NCBI GenBank assembly: GCA_018398765.1
Contig: JAHBMJ010000378.1
Span: forward strand, 1-49,372
Source: Chromera velia
Taxonomy: Eukaryota
Direction: 5' to 3'
Length of the DNA stretch: 49,372 bases
Shown: positions 1 to 11,213 of the stretch, in pieces
How positions within the stretch are numbered: position 1 is the stretch's first letter
Layout of the letters: every line of letters starts with the position of its first letter
The notes under the pieces: generated by a model
What the model was told of the DNA's origin: nothing
Seen by the model: the letters and a program-made list of their open reading frames with translations, nothing else
Databases searched by the model: none
Made by a program: the position numbers and the translations under genes

Positions 1-71
1 CCTCTGTGGCCTAGTGGTTAGGACGAGAGGCTCGGACCGGGAGGCCCCGAGTTCGAGTCCCACCACCGGCA
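1..71 (+). ncRNA. tRNA-derived Pol III promoter head (pseudo-tRNA)
   Basis: D-arm-like GGCCTAGTGGTTAGGAC and T-loop GTTCGAGTC at tRNA spacing, ending CACCGGCA. Acceptor, anticodon and T stems are mismatched, so it is not a functional tRNA. Confidence 0.7.
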
Positions 72-91
72 GAATTCCAAAATACATGCAT

Positions 92-275
92 CCGAATAAA
101 GCGCGGTCTAAAATCGATAGAACCGAATAAGACCCGGTCAGAAATCGAGACATCGAATAGCGCGCGGTCAGAAATCGAGGCATCGAATAGTGCGCGGTCT
201 GAATTCGAATAACCGTCAGGCCGAAAACCGAATAGTGCGCGGTCTGAAACCGAAGTACCCGAATACCACGCGGTC
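92..275 (+). repeat. Degenerate ~30-bp tandem repeat (about 6 units) inside the SINE-like element
   Basis: Units near 92, 123, 153, 183, 228 and 259 match the consensus YCGAATAGYGCGCGGTCWGAAATCGA; a similar array is present in the second copy. Confidence 0.75.
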
Positions 276-1092
276 CATGCTTAGAATAGCCGATTTTGCC
301 TGGTCAAATTCCGTGCGGTTTGAATTCGAATTTGAGCGCGGCGATTATTCGGCTCTGAGGTCGAATAATCGCCTGGTCTGAATGGCCTGTCGCATGTGCA
401 AAATCGGATCACGCAAGAAAAATCAAAATCTGGATTTTCCCGAGAGGACCCCCGAGGTCGTCGGTCACCTCGGGAGGTCCGACACCCTCAGAATTGCCTC
501 TCTGAAACCAACCTCCAAACTTGAGCAAAATCGAGACGATCTGCACTCAATATTGACTTGAAATCGATTGAAAAGTGATCGATCATAGCGCCATACATTG
601 AACTTTCTTGAACCAAACCTCTGACTCTTTAGACCCTTAGACTATCTTGAAGCCTCATTGGAGTCTGACTAGCGCCACTTCCCTTTGTCTATTCTAAGGG
701 CTTCCAGTAGCTCTTAACACAGCGACTAAAAGTCTCAAACAAAAGCGACTTCGGTCACTTTAATACAGGTTATCAATCGCGGTTTCATGACAGGATGTTT
801 TCTCAAAAATGTATACATAATCAGACAATATAAATGATTTCTATACAGTGAAAACAGGGTTGCAGGTGACAGCGCTTAGAGCATCGTCAGCATGCATCAG
901 GAGAGCAAGAGGGACCCAGGCGACGACGAAGACAGGGGCTATATCATTGGCTATAGCGGGAGGCGTGGCTGCTATACAGGCTCCTCAGGCTGAGGAAGAG
1001 GGCGACTAGGCATGAGAGAATAGGTGAGAGATTAGTTAAGTGAAAAGACTAGTTAATTAAAAACTGCGTAGAGCAACATGCATACAATGCAA

Positions 1093-1424
1093 TGTTATGT
1101 GGTACTTTGCACGCAGTAGAAGGCTCTTGGATTCGGGGACGTTTGGACACAAAGCAAGGAAGAACACAAAGGAGACCGGAGTTTGGAGACGGATCGAGCA
1201 AAAGATGTGAAAGGCCCAGGCATACCACAAGAATTGGTGCGTCGCGGCCCTGTTACGCTCGCGCGGCCTGCCCGCGCGCGCCCGCCGCGGGGAGGGTCGC
1301 GCTGCCTCGCGCGCGACCATATTCTCTGATTTCGACCATATTCTCACTGAAATTGAATTCGACTTCGACCGATTTCGACCGCGCAAGCCGCCACTGATTT
1401 TGAACGCGGCCTGCCGCATGCAGC
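1093..1424 (+). repeat. Truncated LTR of a second LTR-retrotransposon family
   Basis: Begins TGTTATGTGG; direct repeat of 8236-8548 with 12 substitutions and one 19-bp indel. Confidence 0.7.
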
Positions 1425-2188
1425 ATGCTTTAAACTTTCGCTGCACACCAGCTCCTTCTTATACTTCAATCACACTAGTGTACTTTATTTCTGTATAGTT
1501 GTTGGACTGTATGATTGGGTAGTAGAAAGCAGAAAAATTTATTTAGAGAATAGTATCCTATTTAGTGTTTTGCTTAGAAATCGTTCTTTTCTAAAGCTGC
1601 ATGGCTTCTTTCCACAAAGCAATGCAATATCACTTTCTATTCAATGTCTTTCATCGTTTGCCGCTGCCACTTTTGAGTGATATTCTGGTGTTCAACCCCC
1701 TGATGATGCTAAATTAGTTTATTTGCATGAAAGAATTAGATTTTGACATCACTGTTACATAAGTTTCTTGCGGGCACTAAAAAGATTCAAAAACGCAATT
1801 GTATGATAGTGTTGACTCACGTATGAGTGCTAACAGCGTTGCACTACACCAGTTGTGTACTGTATTTATGCATTGTTTGCAACGGAGGGAGACCTGCGAT
1901 CGAGGTGCGTGTATGCACGCCATCGCACAGTATTTATCCTAGCTGTATACAACAGCGATCGACGTCCTCGTTTGTGAGACGAACACCGAGAAGACCAACA
2001 TCCTTTATAACTGACACAGCCTGTACACGGCCACCAACACACACCCTGTCCAACAAAGGAGATGAAGGCACGTTGGCACAATGTAAAGGCAAAGAACAAG
2101 GCCTTGAGGAACAAGACAGACGCGAACAGGCGCGGACAGGCGTCTTTTTCAAAACGGGAGCCACTCTGCCTCCTCAACACGGTCATCT

Positions 2189-2471
2189 TCTGTCCTTTGC
2201 GAGAATTTCTACATCGAGTGGGACTAGATCGCGAAGCGCTGCCGAAATTTCTGACGGAGCCTGATTTCCTGTCCTCTGCCGAAATTCCGCATCGAGCAGG
2301 ACCACACCGCGAAGCGCTGCCAAAATTTCTGATGGAGCCTGATTTCTTGTCCTCTGCCGAAATTCCGCATCGAGCAGGACCACACCGCGAAGCGCTGCCG
2401 AAATTTCTGACGGAGCCTGATTTCCTGTCCTTTGCCGAAATTCCGCATCAAGCAGGACCGCACCGCGAAGC
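2189..2471 (+). repeat. 78-bp minisatellite (about 3.5 units)
   Basis: Unit CGAAGCGCTGCCGAAATTTCTGACGGAGCCTGATTTCCTGTCC...GGACCACACCG; reads as EALPKFLTEPDFLSSAEIPHRAGPHR x3 in ORF 2062..2496. Confidence 0.9.
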
Positions 2472-2599
2472 ACATCACTCGTCCGCACTTTGCTGATCTT
2501 CCTCTGCATTACAGAGACTGCAAAACGACACGACGTGACTACGAAACACGAGCTAATGCACTTGCAAAGGCTCGATAAAAGAAAAAAAAAAAGAGGAAG

Positions 2600-5500
2600 G
2601 GAAGGAGAGAAATAAAATGGGAGAGACACAGTCACTCAAAGAGAAAAAGAATGCAAGACGAAAAAGGGCTGCTCTGTTGTCGAATGACTTCAGGCAGCTG
2701 CACTCAGTCCAACAACCAATGAGAGAACGTGAAGAAGGAACATTCAGAGAAGCGACAGTCACTGACGGAAGAACGCAAATGAGCAAACCTGTTGATCATT
2801 TTGGGTCCTGGAGATGGGACGCATGGAAAGAAAGGCACATGCCTATTCGAGAGAAAGAGAGAGAGAGACAGAGAGGGAGAGAAAGAGAGAGAGAGAGTTT
2901 GAGCATTTGCTTGGCTGAGAAAAAGGAGAGATAATCAAAGGGACAACAGACATCCTCGATTGCATGCATGATCGTTCTCTCGACAAACGAAGAGAGCGAA
3001 GCAAATGAAGAAGCAGACTGAATGAACTTCGCGAGACCGTCACAGCAAGAGACAGTCACCATCCGACAAAGAAGGAGCAGCACAAGTCTTCAACGCAGAC
3101 AGCCCTGCCGCATTCAAACGACAACGAAGAAAAAAAAAGAACGACAGCAATAGACAGAAGCCGAGAGAAGGTAAAGAAGCATACATGCAAAGGCTGCTAG
3201 AGACGCGAACAATATCATCAGAAGAAAGAAAAGCAGAAATCGTTTTGAAGGAGAGAAACGAATGAAGGGGGAAGTTGAGAGAGGAACACTTGGGTGTCCG
3301 GACCCGTCCATTGATCGACAGACCGTTGCAGTACGAGCGACACGCGAAAGAAAGATCTGACTGACTCGATCTGACGTAACCAAGTCATCCACAAAGCAAC
3401 AGAGAGGTCTCTTACGAGACTAGAGTGTGAAATTTGAGACAAAAGAAACAGCCCGCAGAATCATCTCGAGTGAAGAAAGAGAATTTGAAGACCTGACAAC
3501 TCTCTGATCAGCGGGAAAGCAGAAGGACGCGAACATGTTTGGAAGAAAACAGAAACTGACGAAAAAAAGAGAAAGAGAGGTGACAGGGAGTAAGAAAGAC
3601 TGAACCAGAAGGGGGACTAGAGAGGAAAACACAGAGAAAGAAATGAACAGGAGAAGAGAGGAATCCGGAAAAGTCTCAAAAGTACTTTCAACTGGTACCT
3701 GTCGACTGAAGAAGCAAAGAAAAAAAAAACCCGCTCGAAATTCCGTTCCCAGAAAAGACCCGACAGACCGTATGGAAGAGTAACTGGAGGGAAATCACGA
3801 TACAAACTGACACGTCAGCACCCATCCAGACACGGCTCGGCTTCAAGTCCACGCCGGCCTCAAAGGGGGACAGAGACACCCTGTCTGCACAGACAAAAGA
3901 AAAGTGTGATGAGCGAAAAGTGAAGATTCAGAGAAGAGAAAGAATGTGAGAAAGGGCGCGACTCACGCGCCGAGACAGATGGAGAGAGGAGTGATTGATC
4001 CATGGAGGGGAATCGAGGAAGTACAGAGAGAAAGAGATCTGCACTGGCCCAGTCAAATTGAGGCTATCAGAACTACCTTTGTTTTGAGCGTCAGAAAGAG
4101 CGGGAAAGAAGAGGGACAGAAATTTGCTCACCCCCATCCCAGAGGGGGCCATGCTGCATCCCATTGAGAGGTGTTGAGGAAATATGAAGGGTCACCATCA
4201 GGAAACGAGGGTTGGTTTCCAAGTGCACAAAAAGAGACGGGGGATAACAGAAAAGGGGAGTGAGGGGAGAATAGGGTCCTCCTGGAGATGAACGTACCTC
4301 CACGTCGTGTCACTGATAACGACTCCACACCACCGACCTTTCGGAAGGGTCGACAGGGCCACTTGGATATCGCAAGTTCCCCCACGCCTTCCACACGATC
4401 GACACCTTTCAGAGACGGCCTCACCGGAAAAGGGCGAGCGGCCGAGGAGGATGGAGACACGACCTGCGGACACATGCAAGAAGGACAAGAACATGGACAT
4501 CAACAACAATGAAGAGAGCTCACGTTTGACTCTCTGAGACCGTGCCGACATCATTTTGACAGAACCGAACAGAGGACGCTTGGACACGCATATGCAGAAG
4601 AGCCTGGAGGCAGTGCGTAAGTCAAATGAAAAGGGGAAAGAAAGACGGAAACGATTGAGAGCGCACATATGAGGAACAGAGTATGCAAGCACATAAAAAA
4701 GGGAAACAAAGGCTTGAGTGTGAAAGGTAGATGCACATTAGAAGTGAAGCACAGTCATTCGTGTGCACAGACAGACACAAGGGCACAGCCACACACCCGA
4801 ACACCGACAAACACATACGTGTTGGTGTGAACACATACTGAGCAACCAGTCACCGAGCACGAACATGGACGAAAAAGAGGGGCGAGAGAGTTATTGTGTA
4901 AAAGGGGATATGTAAAAAGTGTTCCAATACGAAAAGAGCTGACCAAGTGGTCCCACACATCTGAAGCTGCCGAGCGCTGGAGACGCACGAGAAAAAGACA
5001 GAGACAAGTCAAAAGCAACTTAAGAGGAGAGAAAGCCTGACCAACCAACGAATCATTTCTGAGACGGCAGCAGATAAACGGACGGGCCCCCGGAGCGGAA
5101 GCACCCGTCGGGGCATCGTAGCTGGAAAGCCCCGCACCGTGTGGAGAGAGGCGTTCTCCTCTCTCCCAGCCAATCCGCCTGCGGGTGAGGAGCGGCTGCC
5201 CCAGAGCCCTGAGCGGCCACGGTAAAAAGAAAAGAATTGTGACCAACAAACGTCAAAGACTCTCCGAGAGTCAGAAGGGACAGCTCCGCGCTGTGCCCGC
5301 GCGACACGCACAAAGACAAAGCCAACGAGATCCAACGAAAGCGATGCTCCAGGTTCAACGCGAGCAAAAGGGCCTGCATGTGATATGTGATGATATAAAC
5401 AAAAAGCTGCAGGGAGCAAAACTTTTATTAGGGGGACATGCGTTACAAAACCAGTTCGGTGAGTACATTCGGGGAGCACAGTCAAGCTGTGGCGTCCATG

Positions 5501-8235
5501 CCCTGCTCACTTGGGCGGGAGAAGCGCCTCTGTGGACGACGCACGCGCTGTCTAGCTGACCCGGCCGCGGCCAATCCGGATATGAGTGATATGAATGAGA
5601 GGAAGTCGAATGAATACTGCATCACAGAACAAATACAGACATCCATATGCAGTCACATCTTCAGTGCCTGCAGACGCGCGCCTGCTTGCACACTGCATCA
5701 GTAGCCTTGCCTGACTGCAAAGGGTTTGGCCACCCAACGCGGCTTGCAAAGCGATGCGGGAAGAGTCATCTATTCACATACATGAAGATAATGTACGATG
5801 TGCATGTGGATATTTGTATCCATCTCTTCTTTGGTCACTTTGGAAGCAAAAGAGGATATTGAAAGAAAGAGGAGAACTACAGAAAGGAGAAAAGGACAGT
5901 CAATGAAAGGAACTCACATGGACTGCACCGCACAGATGTCTTCAAGTGTGAACCGACGTGTACTTCAGCAAAAAGCAGAAAGAGCATGTGCATATGCAAA
6001 ATGCACCAGAGGCATAGACAAGCACACAGGAGAAGAACAAAGAAAGTGACCACAGAAGCTGGTCTGAAGGTGTAAGTGTCTCCTCCCTCGCAAGATGGGG
6101 GGGGGACTGGAGTGTTTGAATCCCTGTGTGTCCCCAGTTCTTGTAGCAAGCTTCTTGCAGATATTCTTTACTCTTGGGCACTGTCTCAAAAGACAAACCG
6201 AGAACACGACCAGATCGAGAAGAGCCGCATACACACACTGACCGAGCTGATCGAGATCCATGACGATCCCCATCCTGCAAGGATGAGCAGGAGCAGAACT
6301 GGAGGGTCACCTACGACACCGCTCAGGAAGGACTCGCTCCCCTGAAGGGGAAGATACGAAGGGGAGAACTCGATCCGACCAGAGGACCGACTAGTCCTAT
6401 AAAGGGAGAGAGACGAAAGAGAGAAGTCTCAGAGCTTGTTCAGAAAAGTAGGGGGGAACAGAAAAACTTGACGGGTGAAAGGCAGCAGATGAGAAGGGTA
6501 GCACAGACGCGACCAGCGAGACAGAAAGCAAAACATCGTCACCGATTGACTAACATTTACTCCACAGACATTCCAGAGACCGCCCGAAAAAAAAAAACGA
6601 AGCGCAACCAACAACACCCGCAGTAGAAGCCAAAGTACAAGACAAGCCAGGATGCATGCAAACCCTCGAAGGGAGAAGGAGAGACAGAAGCAGAAAAGAG
6701 ACGAAGGAGAAACCTGAGTGTCGCGAGGAGAAGACTCCCATCAATCATGATTCGAATGCCTGACCTCCCAGATCGGAATGACTGACCTTGACTTCCCTTC
6801 CCATTCCCAAACCAGCCTAGTACCCACACAGCTAGACGAAAAGAAACCGAAAGCGAAGAAAAATTCATGCAGGGACGGTCAGCAAGACACCAAGGATGAG
6901 ATGACAGTTCCCAACAGACTGAGAAAAAAGTGAAGCGCGAATATAGTGGAAACGGTCATTGAGAAATGACTCACCTTTCCTGAACGACGCCAGAACAAAC
7001 GGCCTCTCCGTATGTCCCCACTGTCGAAAAAGGAAGACAAAACGAACCAGGGCGATCAGAAACCCCTAACAGACGAAGGCCAAAGAGGAGAAACGAGAGG
7101 GATGAGCGACTGAAAGGGACAGGGACGCAAATGAATGACGACCTGCAACGAGATACCAAGAGCCCAGCTCTAGGAAGAACACCACATACCGGGGTCCGGA
7201 GCAAATACCGGAAGGCACCCAGCAAGCACCGACATACTCTGGCAGGAGAAAAAAACAAGAGGGATGAAAGAAAGTTTTTGTAAGTGTAGAAGAGCAGGTT
7301 GACTGACAAGGCCAAGGCAGGAGAAAGTCCCAACAACACTCAAGCTTCTGTACAACTAGCTGCATGAGATCGCGGATAAGACCGACATCAACTCAAACGG
7401 AGACGTCATCATTGAGACCTTCTACTTTCGAGTCGAACCACTTCGCATGAACTGAATCAGAACAACACCAAAATGGATTTATGGACGATTGGGATCAGAC
7501 ACTCAAGTCGCTTGGAGGAAGGGAAAGACGGTCAAAGGGACACTGACCGATCACTCGCTGCAAAGTCCCTTCAGTTCCGACAAGACGTACGGGTTGAACG
7601 AGGAATTCCATTTGTCAAAAGATCGTGGGACCTGCAGACCCAGAAATACAGGGTCACTGAAAGAAAGACAGAGGAGCAGAAGCATCCTTCGCAGAGGCAC
7701 GAAAATCTCTTTGACTCTCTGTAGACAGAGGGTAAACGAGGGCAGAACGGACCTTCGATAAATGGCGTCTCGCCGTCTCCCAGAATCTTCCGTTCAGTCT
7801 TGGACGTTCTTGGGCGAGAATCAGTCTGCAAGCACCATTGAAAAGAAGAAGATGAAAGAGTATGATATTTGAAAGGAGTGAAGCAGAAGACGGAATGATT
7901 TGGGCTTAGAGAATTGAGAAGAAAAGAAATGCGACAGGCAGGAGACGGGGAATCTTTGAATCTTGGGATCTGTCTATAAGGGACAGCGCCTGACACACCA
8001 TATTGCTGCATCAAGTCTTTCTCCACCATCGCTCTCTCTCTACAGAAACTGACCATTCGATTCAGGAAGAGTGTGCCAGGAGAAGTGCTTCAGCAAGTGC
8101 ATTACAGAAGAGGAAAGCAGGGGAGATGTGTTATGTGGGCAGTTGGGGACTTCCAACTGCATGACAACAACGAATGCAGCCCCAGAAGAGGTGCAATTAG
8201 ACGGCCGTGGAATGCTGTTTTGAGCAGGGGGGACG
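2600..8235 (+). mobile_element. Possible heavily decayed internal region of an LTR retrotransposon
   Basis: About 5.6 kb of A/G-rich, T-poor sequence ending in a G-run PPT-like tract that abuts the LTR at 8236. No convincing protein motif could be recovered by eye. Confidence 0.35.
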
Positions 8236-8788
8236 TGTTATGTGGTACTTTGCACGCAGTAGAAAGCTCTTGGATTCAGGGACGTTTGGACACAAAGCAA
8301 GGAAGAACACAAAGGAGACCGGATTTTGGAGACGGATCGAGTAAAAGATGTGAAAGGCCCAGGCATGCCACCAGAATTGGCGCGTCGCGGCCCTGTTACG
8401 CTCGCGCGGCCTGCCCACGCGCGCCCGCCGCGGGGAGGGTCACGCTGCCTCGCGCGTGACCATATTCTCACTAAAATTGAATTCGACTTCGACCGATTTC
8501 GACCGCGCAAGCCGCCACTGATTTTGAATGCGGCCTGCCGCATGCAGCCGCGTGGCGAGCCGCAAATATCGGGAAATGCCAACTCAGATTTGAGAAATTC
8601 AAAATCTTGGAATTCGCACAGCACGAGATTGAAACTTAGCCTGCCAACTTGGAGCTTGGATTGACACAATTGCATCACACCAAACTTCAACTTCAGACTT
8701 TCTCGACACAGATTGCCTTCTCAAGACTCAACTGACAATGAAGTTTCTGTTGTACTCCCTAGCGCCAGAGTACGACAGAACAGCAACA
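8236..8788 (+). repeat. Putative complete 3' LTR of the second family
   Basis: Preceded by purine tract AGCAGGGGGGACG; starts TGTT; shares its first 313 bp with 1093-1424. The end at CAGCAACA (8788) is inferred only from TGTT/AACA symmetry and the shift to AT-rich DNA. Confidence 0.55.
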
Positions 8789-9953
8789 CTAAAAATCTGT
8801 ATAGTCAATTTCTATACGTAATATTTTTAGAATGAACCAAATAATCGATTTATGATGATAATGATGATGATGGAGGGTTAAATCCTAGATTTAGCAACAC
8901 CAAATCCCAAGCCGCTAGCAAGGCTTTGAATTTATACTGATAATAGCATAAAGCGATAGTCCATATGTGACTAATCGGAGTGTTGATGTCGCTGTTTATC
9001 ACAAGTTATCATACAGCCACCAGACAGACCCTCATTCAGCCTATAATTCAGCTGACAGGTGCTCCTTCCTTCACTATCCCTCCCAGATCTAGAAACGAAT
9101 GGCATGAGTTAAATAGGTTGGCATTGCTTGATCTGCACATCGTGCATGCTCCCTCAGTTCTCCCCTTATCTCTTTGGATCGGAATCGGACGGAGAGAAAG
9201 CAACAGAGCAGCGAAACGGAACGGACAGCTGGACTGGATGACCGGACTCGTCTTACGCATGCATCATGCATCGATGGATGAATGGACTGATGGAGAAAGT
9301 GGGTGAGGGAAACAGAAAATGGAGAGGATAAGGAAAAAGGGGGAGAGAGAAACCAGGCCTTTCTGTCAGAGAAGGAAAAGGGAGGGGAAGGGAGGAGAGG
9401 GGAGGACAATGGGTGTCTATGGACCAGTCAGTCGCCACTCACACCATACAAAGATACACACAAAATACACACGCAGATGGGAAGTCGCAGCGGTGACTTT
9501 TTATCTTTTCTCTCGTCCCTCGTTGCTCCTCCCCGTCTACTCGCTCAACGAGATCGCAACAGGGGAGGCGTTAAATGCAAACAGTTCTCCTAGGAACCTT
9601 CTTCTGCCAGCACAGCTCGGTCGAAAAGAGAGGAATTAAGGGAGGAGCATAACGACTGACGCAAGCAAATTGAAGAAGAAAATGGGAGACCAATCCACGT
9701 GCAAGATCGCAAAACTTTAATTGAAGGCAGACAAGAAACTCCTTCTTTGTCTCATCTCTCTTCCGACCTCCCTCCTTCTCTCCTATCAAAAATGGACGGA
9801 GGGTGGAACCTACGAACGAACATGACTTCTACCAAAAAGAAAAAAATGATGGACCCACCCTGCACGTACACCCGTTGCCTATGTTGCTGCCTACCCCGCA
9901 GTCCGACCCTTGTTTTCTGTTGTTCCCTAGGTTCCCCCCTTCCCCCCCCCCCC

Positions 9954-10060
9954 NNNNNNNNNNNNNNNNNNNNNNNNNNNNNNNNNNNNNNNNNNNNNNN
10001 NNNNNNNNNNNNNNNNNNNNNNNNNNNNNNNNNNNNNNNNNNNNNNNNNNNNNNNNNNNN
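9954..10060. other. Assembly gap (N run) within a poly-C tract
   Basis: Run of n characters flanked by C homopolymers. Confidence 0.98.
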
Positions 10061-10275
10061 CCCCCCGCAGAGTCTTCTCTCGTTGTTTGTTCTGGATAGA
10101 AAGGGAAGAACGAAAGTCGAGAGACAGAAAAAGGGTGAGAAACGGGAAAAAGGGAGAGGCGAGGATGGGGCAATTGTGCGGCAGTCGTCTCTTTTTCCTC
10201 GCTCTCTCTCTGAAACCGCCTTCCTCCCCGCTTCTTATTTCTTTGATGGTGGGTCTACTCTTCCTCTGTTCACAC

Positions 10276-10345
10276 CACACACACACACACACAGACACAC
10301 ACACACACACACACACACACTGACACAGACAGACAGACAGACTGA
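10276..10345 (+). repeat. (CA)n followed by (GACA)n microsatellite
   Basis: Directly visible. Confidence 0.9.
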
Positions 10346-11213
10346 CGACGGAACTCGCTTCTCATATGCGAACCTGCCGGCAAAACTTCTTCCTCCTTCT
10401 CTTGTCACCCTGACAGACAAAGATCGACGCAGTGACGACCAACAACAGGAAGACCTGGACTGAAACAGAACCGAAATCCGGACAGACGGACATACAGACG
10501 GTCAGGGGGCGGGGACGAAAGGAAGAGTGCGAAAAGAAACAGAAAAGTCGCCTCATGCTGCTGCCTTGGTGCAACCAGCCTCTCAGTTCAAGAGAGAAAA
10601 GAAAACTGCATGGAGACAAGGAGGCAAACGGATCATACGCGGAGACGGGAGGGATAGCTTTCTTTTTCGATCGTCTTGCAGTTTCCCGCTGCTTCTGTCT
10701 CTGCTGTTCGAAATCGTTTGAAGGAAGCCAGCCGGCAAGTCGGGTCAAGGTGGGGGGGGCCACGGTGAATGATGACGCACACCCCCTCCCGTGCCCCCTA
10801 TTTCCAGGCAGTCAGTCAAAAGCCAACAGCAGTTCTGCATGGAGATGCGTACTGAGCGGAGCCGAAGGAAAAGCTCCACCTTTTTTCTGCTCGAGACAAC
10901 AACGATTTCCCCCTTCAGGTTGTCGGGTTCTCAGCGCACATGAAACGCCTCCCTCTCCTCTCCTCTCCTCCCGTTACAAACAAACAGCATCTCCTCTCTC
11001 TTTCTCTTCCATCAAATCCACCAAGGGAGGCAGGGACGTCGCACGTGTGCAGACACCAACCACATCCAACCATTCACCGTCACTTAACGCAAAACGCAAA
11101 CACGTACACGTAGGGAACTGCAAATCAATCAAATCAAGGTCTCAGTCCCCTTCCATCCTTCGCCATCAGCACCCCAACCCCAACCCCCACCCCACCCCCC
11201 CTCTCCTCCTCTC

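Larger units (their letters stand above)
1..719 (+). mobile_element. tRNA-headed SINE-like interspersed element, copy 1 (5' end cut by window edge)
   Basis: Starts with a tRNA-like head (A box TGGCCTAGTGG, B box GTTCGAGTCC). Colinear along its whole length with the reverse complement of 38982-39702; clear homology ends at CTTAACA in both copies. Confidence 0.8.

Noticed and set aside
92..275. CRISPR-like array
   Set aside because: Units are degenerate and abut one another with no unique spacers; no cas genes; eukaryotic context.
3790..7500. Protease/RT motif remnants (QTDTSA, IIETF, MDLWTIG)
   Set aside because: Too short, and spacing disagrees with the intact copia; compatible with chance.
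1093..8788. Single intact LTR retrotransposon bounded by the two second-family LTRs
   Set aside because: The left LTR is truncated at 1424, the flanks (TGCAA vs CTAAA) give no TSD, and no PBS or pol motifs were confidently found; they may be separate insertions.
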